Assembly: GCA_973895155.1 (NCBI GenBank)
Contig: OZ316897.1
Coordinates: forward strand, 19,595,224 to 19,659,223
Direction of reading: 5' to 3'
DNA: 64,000 nucleotides
Origin: Marsupella aquatica
Taxonomy: Eukaryota > Plantae > Marchantiophyta
In this document: in pieces, positions 25,301-37,831 of the stretch
Numbering within the stretch: the stretch's first letter is position 1
Layout: every line of letters begins with the position of its first letter
Program-made: the position numbers and the translations under genes
Notes under the pieces: model-generated
The model's database searches: none
The model's input: the letters and a program-made list of their open reading frames with translations, nothing else
Told to the model about the DNA's origin: nothing

Positions 25301-25836
25301 TTTTGGTTTTTGTTTGGATATTCCAATTCTTCAAAAGGCGATGTCAACTGTTAGGCTGAAGCACGATATCTTACAATCCTCGCACGTTGTTAAAACATTC
25401 TGTATGTTAGTTCTCAGTTGTCAGTTCTCAGTTCACATGAGCTCTTAAAGTGGGTTGCTGAACGCCTTTAGCTGCGGTCCTCCATGAAGATAAATCATTC
25501 GGAGTCTTACAGACGCATTCCAGTTGTCGTCCTTCGCTTGTGTACAGAGTATCGAGCAGGCAATCTGAAACCTTGGTTCAAAGCTTCAATCCAATATTAT
25601 TCCATCCAGTTATGATTATTCTCTTTGCTAACAGGGCAGGCACATTGTTTGTTTGTTACAACTTGTGAATGTAGATTGCAAGAGATTTGGCAATAAGATG
25701 CACAAACAGCGATGCAAAGGAGCGACCAAACTTTAATGAAGTGCTTTCAACCTTGGAAGACGCACTGAGGCTTCAAGCCAAGGATTTAGCAGGTGAGTCA
25801 GCTTCGTGCGCCTCGGCGTCAGACATGTGCTTGTAA
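22316..25836 (+). CDS. Receptor-like cytoplasmic kinase (RLK/Pelle family), 336 aa; exons 22316-22349, 23395-23754, 24180-24544, 24828-24917, 25675-25836
   Basis: Motifs YTLDELRRATKNFS, IGKGLFGTVYKG, VAIK, LSRLNHRNVV, LEYVHNGSL, IIHRDPTSTNIL, KIADFS, GTKGYSDPEY, DVYVFGVVLMELITGK and LAIRCTNSDAKERPNF. All introns are GT-AG with compatible phases, total 1011 nt. The N-terminus is MARLFFCCCWS, with no signal peptide or TM segment. Confidence 0.88.
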
Positions 25837-27660
25837 GGCAACTTTGATTTAATAGACAAGATGATTAGAATGTTCAAGAGACAGCAGGTTTTCAATGAGT
25901 TGGTCACAGTCTAGTAGTTTATTCCGCTTCTCCACGAAAGCCGGAGTCTACATTTCTTTGGAAAGCAAGTGCTTTTGCCAGTTAAGCATATGGTAGAGTG
26001 ACAGTTGATAGTTTCTGCCAGAATATTGCCTTAGATTCGTCAGTTCTGATGTTCTGGCCAGTCTTGAGCTGTAATTCTGTATGTTTATGTCAATGAGATC
26101 GACAAACGAAATGTAATTAAGGAAATAAAAAATGGGACTTCCTTTTATCGTGAGTGCTACTGGTTTTGGCAGGAAGAAGGTTTGATTCAGACAGCAGCCA
26201 AGTATTCTTATTGGAGACTTGAAGCTCGTCCTGGAAGGCTGTTGCTACTCAGCACTACTATTTTGATTGGCTGCACAATATCGTGGTTGTAAAGTATTAT
26301 TGTATCCAGGCACCAGTTTTCTCTTGTCGGTAATCTCGCAATCAGAAGCAAAACTACTCTGTCCAATTTGGGGAAGCCTACAGGATTTATACCGTTTTGG
26401 CTGTGCCAATCCTAACATCCTCTGTAGAAGATGCCAACAGTGCAACAGTGCTTTGAGAAGAAGCATTCCTTTCTTGAATATCCAACTGAGCAACCTGGCC
26501 ACCTGAGTAGTTGGTGGCGTACGATTACATTCGCCACCGTCCACTTCACAGTACCATCGATATTAGACTACAGTCTTTTGGACGAAGAGTTCACGTGCTT
26601 CTTGCTTGATTCTTCCTATTTCAATAGGCTACACTAACATGGTGGCTACAACCAAGCAATCTGCATCACTAGAAGGTCCCTGAGGTGACTGAAGGGTTTT
26701 TGAATCACGCGCTATGACGCACGAGGTGGGAGCTGTGAACTGCAAGTCTTGGTACAGTTCGGTACGCAAGAGTAGTCTTGGGGAACCACCTGAAGCTCTT
26801 ACTCTGGATTCTACTCAAAAAGGGATGTTAGAGAAGTGACTTGTGAACCTTATTTTAGTAGAAAGTTCTCTGACGAGAAGCAAGATTGGAATGTTCATTA
26901 CCTTGTGTAGACCGACAATTATCTGCATGTCTTGGTAGTGAATATCAAAGCACCGATGCATAGGAAGATATATGTGGTTAAGCAAAGTTCTACAACTTGG
27001 GTGCTTGACCCATCCCACCCTTATGGCCTGCCTGTACTATTTAGTAGCTCTAAATTTACAGCAGATCCTGATGTGAATAGTTTGGCTGAATGCTCAGAGA
27101 ACATCCAGGGCTATCTCTTTTGGCCCTTCAACTTCATTCTTCTTCCTAAAGCATTTACTTAGTACTTGTTCTATTTAGCACTTGTTCTACTTAAACCAAG
27201 TAATTTGGAGGAGGCAACCAAATCTCGAGTGAATTCTGCCATGTGAAGTGAATTGTGTGGACCCGTGTCCAGGTCAATACAGTTTCTGCTATATATGAAT
27301 CCAGAGCTTGGAAATGTGTATTAGACCTTTAAAAAGCAACGGAACTGAGTACATTGACGGACAGCGTCTTGGTACCTCTCAAAGCTTCATTATCATCGAC
27401 GGATTGGGCCACCAGGACTGTCTAAGCTTCTCAATGATAAATTTCAACCCTTCTGGAATGGTGAAATTGAGCTTACAAAGTGAACTTTGTGTAACCGTAG
27501 ACACTAATCACTGTAATCAGTGTATTTTTCTCTGCTCGAGAGTACGACAATGGCGTCCGTGTGGACATATCAACTTGCAGAACTGCGCTTATACAATTTG
27601 GATGATACCGGAGATGATAGTAAACTTAAACGAAAGGAACTTTCATTGTTGGAAAAACAC

Positions 27661-28395
27661 TCAGCAGATGTGCCGTTGAACTAAAACCAAAAAGGTTGAA
27701 ATTGCCCAGGGACGGACATTCCTTCTCGAGCTTTGCGCAGATGTCAAGAGAGCATAATTTTCCAGCTCAATTGATAGAAACCGGGCTTGACGATGAGCAA
27801 GCAATTGCTTAGCAGTTTGCAATTCTCTCAAGGTGTTCTCATAAGCCAATAGTCTTCGGTGCTGCATTGCAACTCCTCTTTTAAGAATCTGCGTCTCGGC
27901 AAGCAACCGCTGGATCCTTGTTTGAAGAGTTGTGTTTTTCTGTATCATTTTTTTCCACAGCTATTCCAGACCGTGAAGCGACAACCTTCGCAAACGCTTC
28001 AAGTGACCTGGTGGCTCGCATTCTTGCATCTTGGGGGCATGTTGCGCTACTCTTCTCTTGAAGTAGCAGTTCAACACACTCCGACCTCTCGATTAAGCTG
28101 AGGAGTTTGATGTTTTCTCTTTCACGGAAAGGAATTGCGGCGTTTGCGGATTGTGCGTGATTATCCGTAGAAATTTCACATATCACGCTTGTGGACGCAG
28201 CCGGTGCCGCAGCTTTATTATGTAAATCATCTTTGCAAATTTAGAGCATCTCCTTGTTTGAACTCAAACGGAGGTCATTCATTCTCTTGATTGCACGATC
28301 TAAAAATGTCCCGGACGATTCCTGACACGATTCAACGCCTCCCTCCACTCGGTGTCCCTCCATCTTTGAAAACGACCTGGCACCTGGAAACAAAA
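27661..28395 (-). pseudogene. Plant CUE-domain/coiled-coil family pseudogene (At5g32440-like), copy A
   Basis: LFPG...FLDRAIKRMNDLRLSS, then CVELLLQE...DARMRATRSLEAFAK, QILKRGVAMQH and IELENYAL match the family motifs (LDSAIKSLNELRL; WVELFVREM...DARARASRVLE; ILKRAVAIQH; LEVNNYAL). There is a stop at 28241 and at least one frameshift. No introns. Confidence 0.8.
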
Positions 28396-29749
28396 ACTCA
28401 GAAACCTCCGAAAAAATCCAACACTTGAACGCTAGGAAATCCTCTCGGGGAAGTTGTGAGCAGAGAATGCTTTGCGTGATGGAGCTGCACTTTGGGAGAC
28501 GAGACACAGAAGCTGCAGAATGTGTAAAGTGGAAACACCTGAACGCTAGCTAGGAAATCAAACTCCACTCAGAGGAAAATCGGCAAAGAATGCTTGCGTG
28601 ATAGAGCTGAAGTTTGGGAGACGAGACACAGAAGCAGAATGTGAAAATTGGAGAGGCCAATGCTTTCTTAGACTATGTAGGCTTAGTACGCTATAGTCCG
28701 GTCTCCGTTGACAAAGGATGGAACGAATCTGCGGAATGCAATGCTATTATCTAAAGATATTTCAGCCAATGTGTGTATGGGTGCTGACTCTACGAAGTCC
28801 GATGAAAGCTAGTCTGCGTCTCGATCACGAGCTGGTTTTGGTCGTCTGCATGAGCTGCTGATGTGAACCGAGTATCTGGGGTGGAAATCCGGTGTACATG
28901 AATTGACTACTGCAAAACTGCCCCAAGAGCATTGACAAGAAAACCTAGCTGTATGGACAGTTGGCGCTTCTCATTCATGTTGCCCTCCTAATCAGTCCGA
29001 CAGCTGCGCCTAGGCCCACGGCTGTCGTTCACATCGCTGCTTTCGAACTACAAATTCATCACGTCCGCAGAACGAGATGCCGTGAAATCAGTGCTGAATC
29101 CCATTCCCCTCTGATATCTCTTGGTCAGCACTTATATCGCAGAGCGACATCCACTTGTTCTTGACTGGAGGATGATCACTGCAAACGCCAAATAGTATAC
29201 AACAAACTAAAATAGAAAACAGAAAATAACAAGCAATAGACGCGAAACAGCATTTGTGTAACAGCATACAAGTGTGACGATCTGTACGTGACAGTCTCGC
29301 AAGAGGATTCAACGTGGCAGGTGCTTAGAGCGCCGCAATTTTATGAAAGGGGCTTCGTCTAGAAGGACCCTAGTCGAACACTGGTAGAACTTGGATGAGA
29401 AATCATTCGTACTCATCGTACCAGCTCATGGAGAGTCAGGCTAAGTTAAGGATCGATAGACTTGACGAATATGTCTTTCATCGCACAGATGAGAAACATC
29501 GAATTTTCGCCCGCACGAAAGCGGCAGTCTTTAGTCCAACCGGAGAGGGAGCGTCATGTCGAGGGCCTTCAGGAGGTCTCCTGCCCATCGCTCGACGACC
29601 ACATAAGGTACATACAGTCGGTACTCTAGCATGGCTGGTGCTGACTAACGGACGGCTTCTCTTATCTTCCATACGCGGGCAAGCGCTCTAGACGTTTCTG
29701 CGCTCGTCCTCGGTACTTCTCTTCTATAGTTGGTGGTCTTCCGATTGCC

Positions 29750-30645
29750 AGAGCACCACCTTGCTCGGGAACAATAGCGGAACGAAGCATTACCAGTCCG
29801 GCGGGTCGCTTTCAGAGTCATTTGCAGGAGTGATATCCGTGATCCCGTCCGTGATGCACAAGTTAGAGCGAAACAACACGGTTGTAGTTACGTGGCGAAT
29901 CCTGCACTTACGACTTCGGACGACGGATAAGCGAAAAGGATGGCTATCACGTCCTTGTACGAAGATCCGAACTAAACGGGGTGCTTGACAACGGAATATC
30001 AACAACATAGGCTCGCCCGGACTCAGGTTGCCGCACAATTCCTCGAAGCTGGGAAATCTGTTCTCATCGTTGACAACGACTCGGTGTGGCTTTCGGATCC
30101 TCTTCCTTACCTTGAGGCTACTGACGCAGACATCGTTATATCCAGAGACGGTAGTATTGAAACGGAAGTTGTAATACATGGGGGATTCTTAAAATGTGAA
30201 GCATACTCCAACGACCAAAAGAGTGTGGAGCAAAGTTAGCAATCGGCACCGAAATATTTTGGACAGAGCGATGGCGAACGTACCACCATCTTGCCTAATT
30301 TGGCGAGTCAGAGCAGGTGGTCATCAATGAGATATTCCAAGCGGAGATGCAAACCATCTCGGCTGTTGGTTGGAGCCTCTGCGGGTCCATTTCCTGGATT
30401 CATTCCGTTTCCGGCCCGAACGGGCGCGTATACTTCACGTATATCGTCCTCAAGAGGAGAATGTGGAGCCAGTGGTGATCCATAAAAACTGGATCGTAGG
30501 CTATGGAGCCAAACTGGAGCGGTTCGAAATATTTGGTCTGTGGGTAGTGGCTGCGGAAAGAGAGAGAAGGGCTAGCTGGCTGAGTCATGCGGAGCGCATC
30601 GATGCACTAACATTGGGAGTTGATTCATCACGTAAGTTAATCTAG
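29750..30645 (+). pseudogene. Nucleotide-diphospho-sugar transferase (GT77 / Nucleotid_trans-type) pseudogene
   Basis: RTQVAAQFLEAGKSVLIVDNDSVWLSDPLPYL (DxD motif), GGF, EQVVINEI and PVVIHKNWIVGYGAKLERFEIFGLW are split across frames by stops and frameshifts. Confidence 0.75.
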
Positions 30646-31784
30646 TGACGACATACTGCTTCTCTTCTGTTCCGTTTGAATATTGTTCATTTGGCCTACT
30701 GAATGTCCGATGCACGGATTTGCTCAGAGAATCAGAGAATAATGCAGATAATAGTCATGAGAATCAGAGATCATGCAGATACATCTAATGCTGTGATCGT
30801 GAGAATCAGAACAGATTCAAAACTACAAACCTCATCTTTCCTCCAAGAAGAATAGTTATCACCCTAGCAAAAGCCAAAGATTACCTCCAGTTCAATTGGC
30901 ATGCAGAAAATTCGTCCGATTTGTTCAGGAGTTAAATTACACCCGGACACAGTTTAAGGACCTCCATAGAATTGCCATTCCAGATGAATCTGTTCCGTCT
31001 ACAATGTAGTAGTTTCTTTCCGGGAATTAAGTGGGAGCCTCAATTATTCCCTGTGTATCTATGGGCACGATCCTGAAACCTAGGACGACTCTTCTAATTT
31101 TCTCATCTAAAATAACTGTCGTTCTGGGCTTCAAGAAAAGCCAAGATTTGGATACTACAATTAGTCTAATTCTACCTGGCTTGGTAGCTTCAAGGAGGCT
31201 GATAATCTAGTGCTCTTGACTGCCAAGCCTTCCGTAGAGCTACCTAAACCCTAAACGCCTGACACTCTTACATCTATATTTAAGCGCATTAATATAGTTT
31301 CTATAATAAGAGGATGAGTTATAGTGCCAGCAACTGCCGGGAAACCGTATGTAGACTACATATGTATGCCACAGCGCGTACTTAGTTGTTGGCTGTTCGG
31401 ACTTAATACATTGAAAGTTGAGTGAAATATGAATGCTGGTAAGATGAATGCAATCCCCACAAATTAACCTATACTTTATATTGCTCCACCTAGCCAGGGG
31501 AGATTGTTGAGAGGAGCCAAGTTAAGGTATTGCCCACTCAATTTGAATATTCCTGGTTGGACTTCCGTTGTTAATTATATCAGTCGACTTCTTAAAGAGG
31601 AACAATGTTTGGGAAGAAGTATCGATCAGAATCAATACTACAACGCGTCCTATCCTCCTTACAAGGGTAATCATTAATTGCCATCTTGGGTGTGATAGAA
31701 CTTTTGACAAGTTGAAGACACAACAGTGTAAGTAGTAACTTATTCTGCTTTCCACAAAAGCCGAAGTCTACATTTCTGTTGGTT

Positions 31785-32035
31785 TTGGCAGGAAGAAAAT
31801 TGATGCAGCCAAGTATTCTTATTAAATTAAGTCTTGAAGCTCGTCCGTTCAGGCTGTTGCTACTCAGCCACTACTCTTCTGATTGGCAGCACAAGATCGT
31901 GGCATGCAGCCGGAAGAAATTTTGATTCAGATAGACAGCACCCAAGTATACTTATTAAAGTCTTCAAGCTCGTCCGTTCAGGCTGTTGCTACTCAGCCAC
32001 TACTCTTATGATTGGCAGCACAAGATCTTGGTTGT
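31785..32035. repeat. ~129-bp tandem duplication private to duplication copy B
   Basis: aagctcgtccgttcaggctgttgctactcagccactactctt.tgattggcagcacaagatc occurs twice. Confidence 0.9.
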
Positions 32036-32916
32036 AAAATATTATTTCATACAGGCATCAGTTTTTTTGGTCGTTTACCTGGCAAGTAGAATCAAAACTG
32101 TCTATACAATTTGGGGAAACCTACAAGTCCATATATACATACCGTTTTGGCTGTGCCAATCCTAACATCCCTCTGTCTAAGATGCCAATTCAACAGTGCT
32201 TTCAGACTCGAGAAGCATTCTTCTCTTGAATTTCCAACCGAGCAACCTGGCCTCCTGAGTAGTTTCCCGCTAGCTTCCGATTACACTACCGTCCACCTTC
32301 ACAGTAACATCGACATGGAATAGATCCTGATAGTAATAGTTATGCTGAATGTTTAGAGAACATTCAGAGCTATCCCCTTTTGCCCCGGCCTAGAACCTTA
32401 TTCTACTTACGGATCGATGAGTACTTGGTCTACTCAGTCCTTGTTCTACTAGGAGATAACCAAAATTTGCGTAAATTCCGCCCTGTGAAGTGAACTGTGG
32501 ATGGATTCGTGTCCGTGTCTGAGTCAACAAAGTTTCTCCTTTATTTAATTCAGAGCTTGGAAATGTTTATTACACCTTCGAAAAGTAAAGAAACAAAGTA
32601 CATTGAAGGACAGCATCTTAGTACCTGGGAATGCTTCAAATTCATCGGGGGATGGGGCCGTCAGGACTGTCTAAACTTCTCAATGACAACTTCCAATCCT
32701 CCTGGACTAGTCAGTGGAAACTTTCTGTAACAGTAGAAGTAATCACTGTAGTTTCAGCTCTGCTCCCGGGTATGGCGTCCGTCTGCACGCATCAACTTGG
32801 ATAGTTGCACTTGGACCATTTGAATGCTACGGGAGTTGATAGTGAGCTGAAACAAAAGGGACTTTCATTGTCACAAGGACCTCCACGAAAACATTCTCGT
32901 CAGATGTAGCGTTGAA

Positions 32917-33783
32917 CTAAAACTGAAAAGGATCAAATTGGCTCGGGATGGACATTCGTTCTCGAGCTTTGCGCAGATGCCAAGAGAGAGCATAATTTTC
33001 CAGTTCAATTGATCGAAATTGCGCTTGATGTTGAGCAAGCAATTGCTTAGCAGTTTGCAATTCTCTCAAGGTGTCTTAATAACCCAATAGTCTCCGGTGC
33101 TGAATTGCAGCTCCTCTTTTAAGAATCTGCTTCTGCACAAACAACCGGTGGATCCTCATCTCTTTCAATTCATCCACTATTTCAGACCGTGAAGCGACAA
33201 CCTTCTCAAACGCTTCAAGTAACCTGGTGGCACGTATTCTCGCATCTTGGAGGCATGTTGCTCTAATCATCTCTTGAAGTAGGAGTTCAACACACTCCGA
33301 CTTCTCTATTGAAGCTGAAGAGAGTGATGCATTCTCTTCCACGTAAGGCTCTGCGCCGTTTGCGGATTGTGCGTGATTATCCATAGAAGTTTCACATATC
33401 CCGCTTGTGGACGCAGCCGGTGCCGCAGCTTCGTGAACTAAATCTTCTTCGTAAATTGAGAGAATCTCCTCGTCTGAGCTCAACCGGAGATCATTCATGG
33501 TCTGGATTGCTCGATCTAAAATCGTCCCGCACGATTCCTGACACGATTCAACGCTTCCCTCCACTAGGTGTCGCTCCATCTTTGAAAAAGACCTGGCACC
33601 TGGAAACAAAAACCCAGAAACCTCCCAAAAATCCACCACTTGAACGCTAGGATATCGAATTACTCTCAGGGAGTGGTGAGCAGATAATGCTTTGCGTGAT
33701 GGAGCTGCACTTTGGGAGACGAGACAAAGAAGCAGAGTGAAAATTGGAAACACCTGAACGCTAGCTAGGAAATCGAACTCCAC
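32917..33783 (-). pseudogene. Plant CUE-domain/coiled-coil family gene, copy B, with a single premature stop
   Basis: The 235-aa ORF ends at a TAA at 33076-33078, where copy A has Glu. The frame continues DTLRELQTAKQLLAQHQAQFRSIELENYALSWHLRKARERMSIPSQFDPFQF* to 32917. Confidence 0.8.
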
Positions 33784-36107
33784 TTAGAGGAAAAGTGGGC
33801 AGAGAATGTTTGCGTGACAGAGCTGAAGTTTGGGAGACGAGAAACAGAATGTGAAAATTGGAGAGGCCAATGCGGTCTTAAACTATATATGCTTAGTACT
33901 CTATAGTGCGGTAGTCTTTGGTCAGTTTCTAATAATTCAATGATAGCTGTTACCGACCTTAGACTATACATGCTCAGTACTCTTAGTCCGATAATCCTAA
34001 GTTTCTAATTCCATGATACTTATTACTGAACAAAGACAACCAATTAGGTCTGCGTGTGTGCGTGAAAGTAATCATCGTCTGTCCTTCTTCAGTCACCCAT
34101 CAATTTGTATGTGTCGTATGGTGTTTAATGAGCTTCATTGATACTATCCATATCAAATTTTTCTGATACTGCTATATGGCGCATCCTTGTTTCACATCGC
34201 CCAATTCCAGGTTTTTTAGACATTATTTTAATTTTAATCACTACCTCTGATGAGTGTCTTCTTTCTTATTTAGGGTTTAGGGTTACCATGATTGATCTGA
34301 GGTTTGTAGACGGGGAGATTTGGAATCCATCCGTAACCGACCTCTACGATACTACTATAGCTTCAAACTATTGAATACATGTACGTACATATCATGACTT
34401 GTATGTAGCACAAGCTAGCAGGGAGTAAAATTTTCATATAGACATGTAGGGTGACACTTAATGTCAATCAAAGGCATAGTTTTAGGTGGTGTTATCAAAT
34501 TGTGGTAGAGGCTGAGGTATTTTGCTGTGGGTTCTATGTCTTAGAAAATTTTCTCAATCAACTATCCACAACTAAAAGTGCTGATACTGACTTAGTAGTT
34601 CTCAATTAATATTCAATCCCCTGAGACCAAAAAGTATGCAACTTTTATCACTAACAGGTGAAGAACTTAAACAAGTTAGGCCTTGAGCACTAGCACAAAG
34701 ACCCTTAATTTTTCCTGGACCACTTGGGACTTAGCAGACCAAAGTAATTTTTCTCTAACATCAAATTCGAGATCAAATTTAGAGGAGTCCTGTACTTACT
34801 CTAAGAGTGACCACTGCAGGTAGGCAAGTTGTTTAGTCACAAAGAATGACTCAAATATAATTGATCTTGTGTACATGGCATAGTTATCATCTATGGACTT
34901 GATATATTGATGTACTGAAAGCCTATTATTCCTGTTAGAAAACCTATAAAATGCGCTTCTGAGATAATTTTGTTGAGAATGAACTTGCAATTTCATTTTC
35001 AAGGAAACCCAGGCAGAAGTTTTGATTAGACTAAGTCAATCAATGCAGTAATACGGATAATGTATGTGCTTACAGCATAATTGTAAACAATTTACAATGA
35101 TTACACTCTAATTACCGCAAACCATAATATCTAGTGATTTTTGTGCGAAAGATAGAAGTTCTCTATGGGAGGCCATTGCGGAAAAACCAGCCGTGCACAA
35201 AGCACATAAAACCAGGCCAGCCCATTGTAAGTTGCCTTAGCAATCCAAAACTTCTTTGCAAATTAACCCTAAACCCTTACGTACTGTACCCCGGCCTATA
35301 AACAGGTTGTACAGTCACAAGCAACCAATATGCATGTGGCCCTAGGAATGAAGGGGTCAGGCATAGGAGACATGACTAACTAAGTTGAAGACTAACAACT
35401 TATGCAATAAGTAACCAAGCCGTTGAGGTTGCTTAATTCATCTTTCTAATCCTCCCCGTTTCTAAAACTGTTCTCTCATGCACGTTGAACGGTATTCCAA
35501 GGCCCATCTGTTACACTTTGGTTTGAGTTCTTCCGTTCCCTCTCTCTCCCTGCTGGTCGCTCTGTGTGTCTACTTTCACTGCAATCGTCCTCCTGATGCC
35601 ATCGTTGCCTTTTCGTTTGATGTCTCGCTGCGGTGTCTCTGCTGATGCGATTTCTCTCGATCTGTATGCTCCGTCTGGTTGTCTTATTTTGAGGTGTGGT
35701 TCCGGTCTCACTTCTAAATTGATTCAGCCCTCCGTTCCTTCCTTCGTTTCCTGACTGTTGTGTGTGTGGGTAGGCAGGCAGGCTTGCAGACGTGAGTCCT
35801 TTTTCGTAGTCCAGCAGACTTGTTGTGTTTTTTTGTTTACAGCCGATTTCGGAAGGAAACGAGCATTGCGGGTGAATGTGAGGTGAAGAAGAATTGTTGA
35901 GCATTGCGGGTGAATGTGAGGTGTAGAAGAATTGTGCTCTGTGGTGCACCACAATTGCTGGTGTCTAGTGGAGTGCAGCGCCTCTCTTGCCGCTTCACTG
36001 TACAGCGTCACTCCTGCTGCCGATCGTGCCGACGTGCGTTGCCCACAGTGAAAGTGAATTTGAGAGCGAGTTGGGCAAGATTCGGCACCCTAACTTACTG
36101 GCATGAG

Positions 36108-36334
36108 GGCTTACTACTGGGGGCCTAAAGACGAGAAGCATCTGGTGTTTCAACTACATGCCTCGCTACTTTCCTGCAAGGTAATTTTTAATCACTTGTC
36201 GCGACTCTATCTCTTACAGGCATTATGGCTTACTACTGGGGGCCTAAAGACGAGAAGCATCTGGTGTTTCAACTACATGCCTCGCTACTTTCCTGCAAGG
36301 TAATTTTTAATCACTTGTCCCGACTCCATCTCTT
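36108..36334 (+). repeat. 119-bp-period tandem duplication containing a splice-donor-like CAAG|GTAATT in each copy
   Basis: ggcttactactgggggcctaaagacgagaagcatctgg...cctgcaaggtaatttttaatcacttgtc at 36108 and 36227. Confidence 0.9.
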
Positions 36335-36559
36335 CCTCAACGGAAGATTTCCTTCACTCTAGTATCTGTTGGGCCCCATGTTGCTAATGTTGCCACTCAT
36401 TCATATTAGTCTCTATTGGTAGTTTGTTCCGTTTTTAGTCTTCACCTATTTGTCTGTAGATTAGGTCAATCAATCACTCGATGTGATTAATCCTGACCAT
36501 TTTTTCCTTGTTAGAACGAGGTCTAGGCTGCAAAATTGGGGAATGAGCTGAACAAGTCT

Positions 36560-37831
36560 ATGGCCTTTCTCATGAATGCCGTCAGGAACAGTTCTGAAGG
36601 TAGAATATGATCTATCGATGCTACGGTAGTTCTTGTCTCTTTCTGCATATATACTAGTGTGGTCTTACTTTTCTGCCGCCGTCTAATGGGCGACCGGCTG
36701 CTACAGTACTTCTATTGTGGTCGTTTGGTACAGTTCCTGTGCCGTTCGTGAATGAAATGTCAAAGTTTAAAGTTTTCAAACTCGATGAAAGGAACTTCAT
36801 TCTCTTCTAGTAGCACATCGTCGACTCACGTTCCGCCGCTTTTCTTGGTTTGCCCACTATCGAAGCAAACAGTTTGGTGAAATGTAGTTATTGAGACCTC
36901 CCTCTTCCTGGCCCGCTTCCTGGTTCCTCATCTTCTCAGTATCATTGCCACATCTGGTCTATCAATGTTTCCCTCAAGATCCAAAGGGTTCCGCATTAAA
37001 CCATTTATGTCCGAATCCTTTCAATCGCGTTGTTTCTTTGACAAAATTTCTGTTCAGTCACCTGTTTTGGAATTACCGATCTTTTTTGTTTTAGGGCAAT
37101 TGTGCTGTTTTGGTTTTGTTGACAGCTTGACAGGGAACGGGGTGACAATGATGTCCCCAGTTAGATTGAGGAAATTTGTGAAGTCTCTCGAGAAATGCCA
37201 AAAAGCAGACAGGAGAGAACGATTCAAGGAGAGGGAGCAAGATAGGAAAGAACGATTGGAGGAGAGGGAACAAGACAAGAAAGAACGATTGGAGGAGAGG
37301 AAGCAGGGTATGAAAGAAAGGAAAATGGACAGAAAACGGAGACTTAGAGAGAAGAAACAGTGGTTACTGGAAAGAGAGACGGATGCAATGGGATGGGCTC
37401 CACTTTTTATCTCATGTACTGCTGGGGAATACCTCCTTTTTCTTTTGGGGGAACAGCCAATGCACAAGCCACCATCCAGGAGCATTAAAGGGGTTCCCTC
37501 TTTTATGAGGGTTATGGCTATTGCCATAAAAAAGTCGGAGTCAGAAACTCAAGTGATTTGTGAGAGTTTAATTCTTTCCCGGAATGCATCTGCACATTGC
37601 AGTGATAAGGTGCAACTATTAACACGAGCACACTTGTGCAGAGAATGGTTTAAGAGGTATTGTATCTTTTTCCCTGAATCTTAAACTTGTTTTCTTTTCC
37701 TTTTTTTTGAAGTTTGTGAGAAAATAAAATGTTGTGTTCGTTTTTCTCCCAGGTACCCTAGTCTGAAGGCAATACTTCCTGAACAGTATCTACTACTAGT
37801 GGAAGCCCAAACCCTTGATCACCAATTGTGA
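36560..37831 (+). CDS. Uncharacterised 213-aa protein: charged 11-aa repeat coiled coil plus a helical domain with an RNxxxH motif; exons 36560-36599, 37134-37656, 37753-37831
   Basis: Phase-compatible GT-AG junctions (GAA G|GT...CAG|GG AAC and AAG AG|GT...CAG|G TAC) give MAFLMNAVRNSSEGNGVTMMSP...(ERLEEREQDKK)n...CTAGEYLLFLLGEQP...LILSRNASAHCSDKVQLLTRAHLCREWFKRYPSLKAILPEQYLLLVEAQTLDHQL*. The first exon is the least certain. Confidence 0.65.

Larger units (their letters stand above)
25919..33912. repeat. Direct segmental duplication: copy A about 25919-28705, copy B about 31741-33912
   Basis: Collinear shared blocks include ttattc.gctt..ccac.aaagccg.agtctacatttct, ccgttttggctgtgccaatcctaacatcc, gagcaagcaattgcttagcagtttgcaattctctcaaggtgt and aatgtgaaaattggagaggccaatgc. 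Copy B lacks about 25960-26160 and 26560-27060 of copy A. Confidence 0.9.

Noticed and set aside
31243-35280. Telomere-like AAACCCTA/TTTAGGG units at about 31246, 34269 and 35265
   Set aside because: Only 1-2 units each; at most telo-box motifs, not interstitial telomere arrays.
37054-37527. 157-aa minus-strand ORF
   Set aside because: Antisense shadow of the charged-repeat exon.
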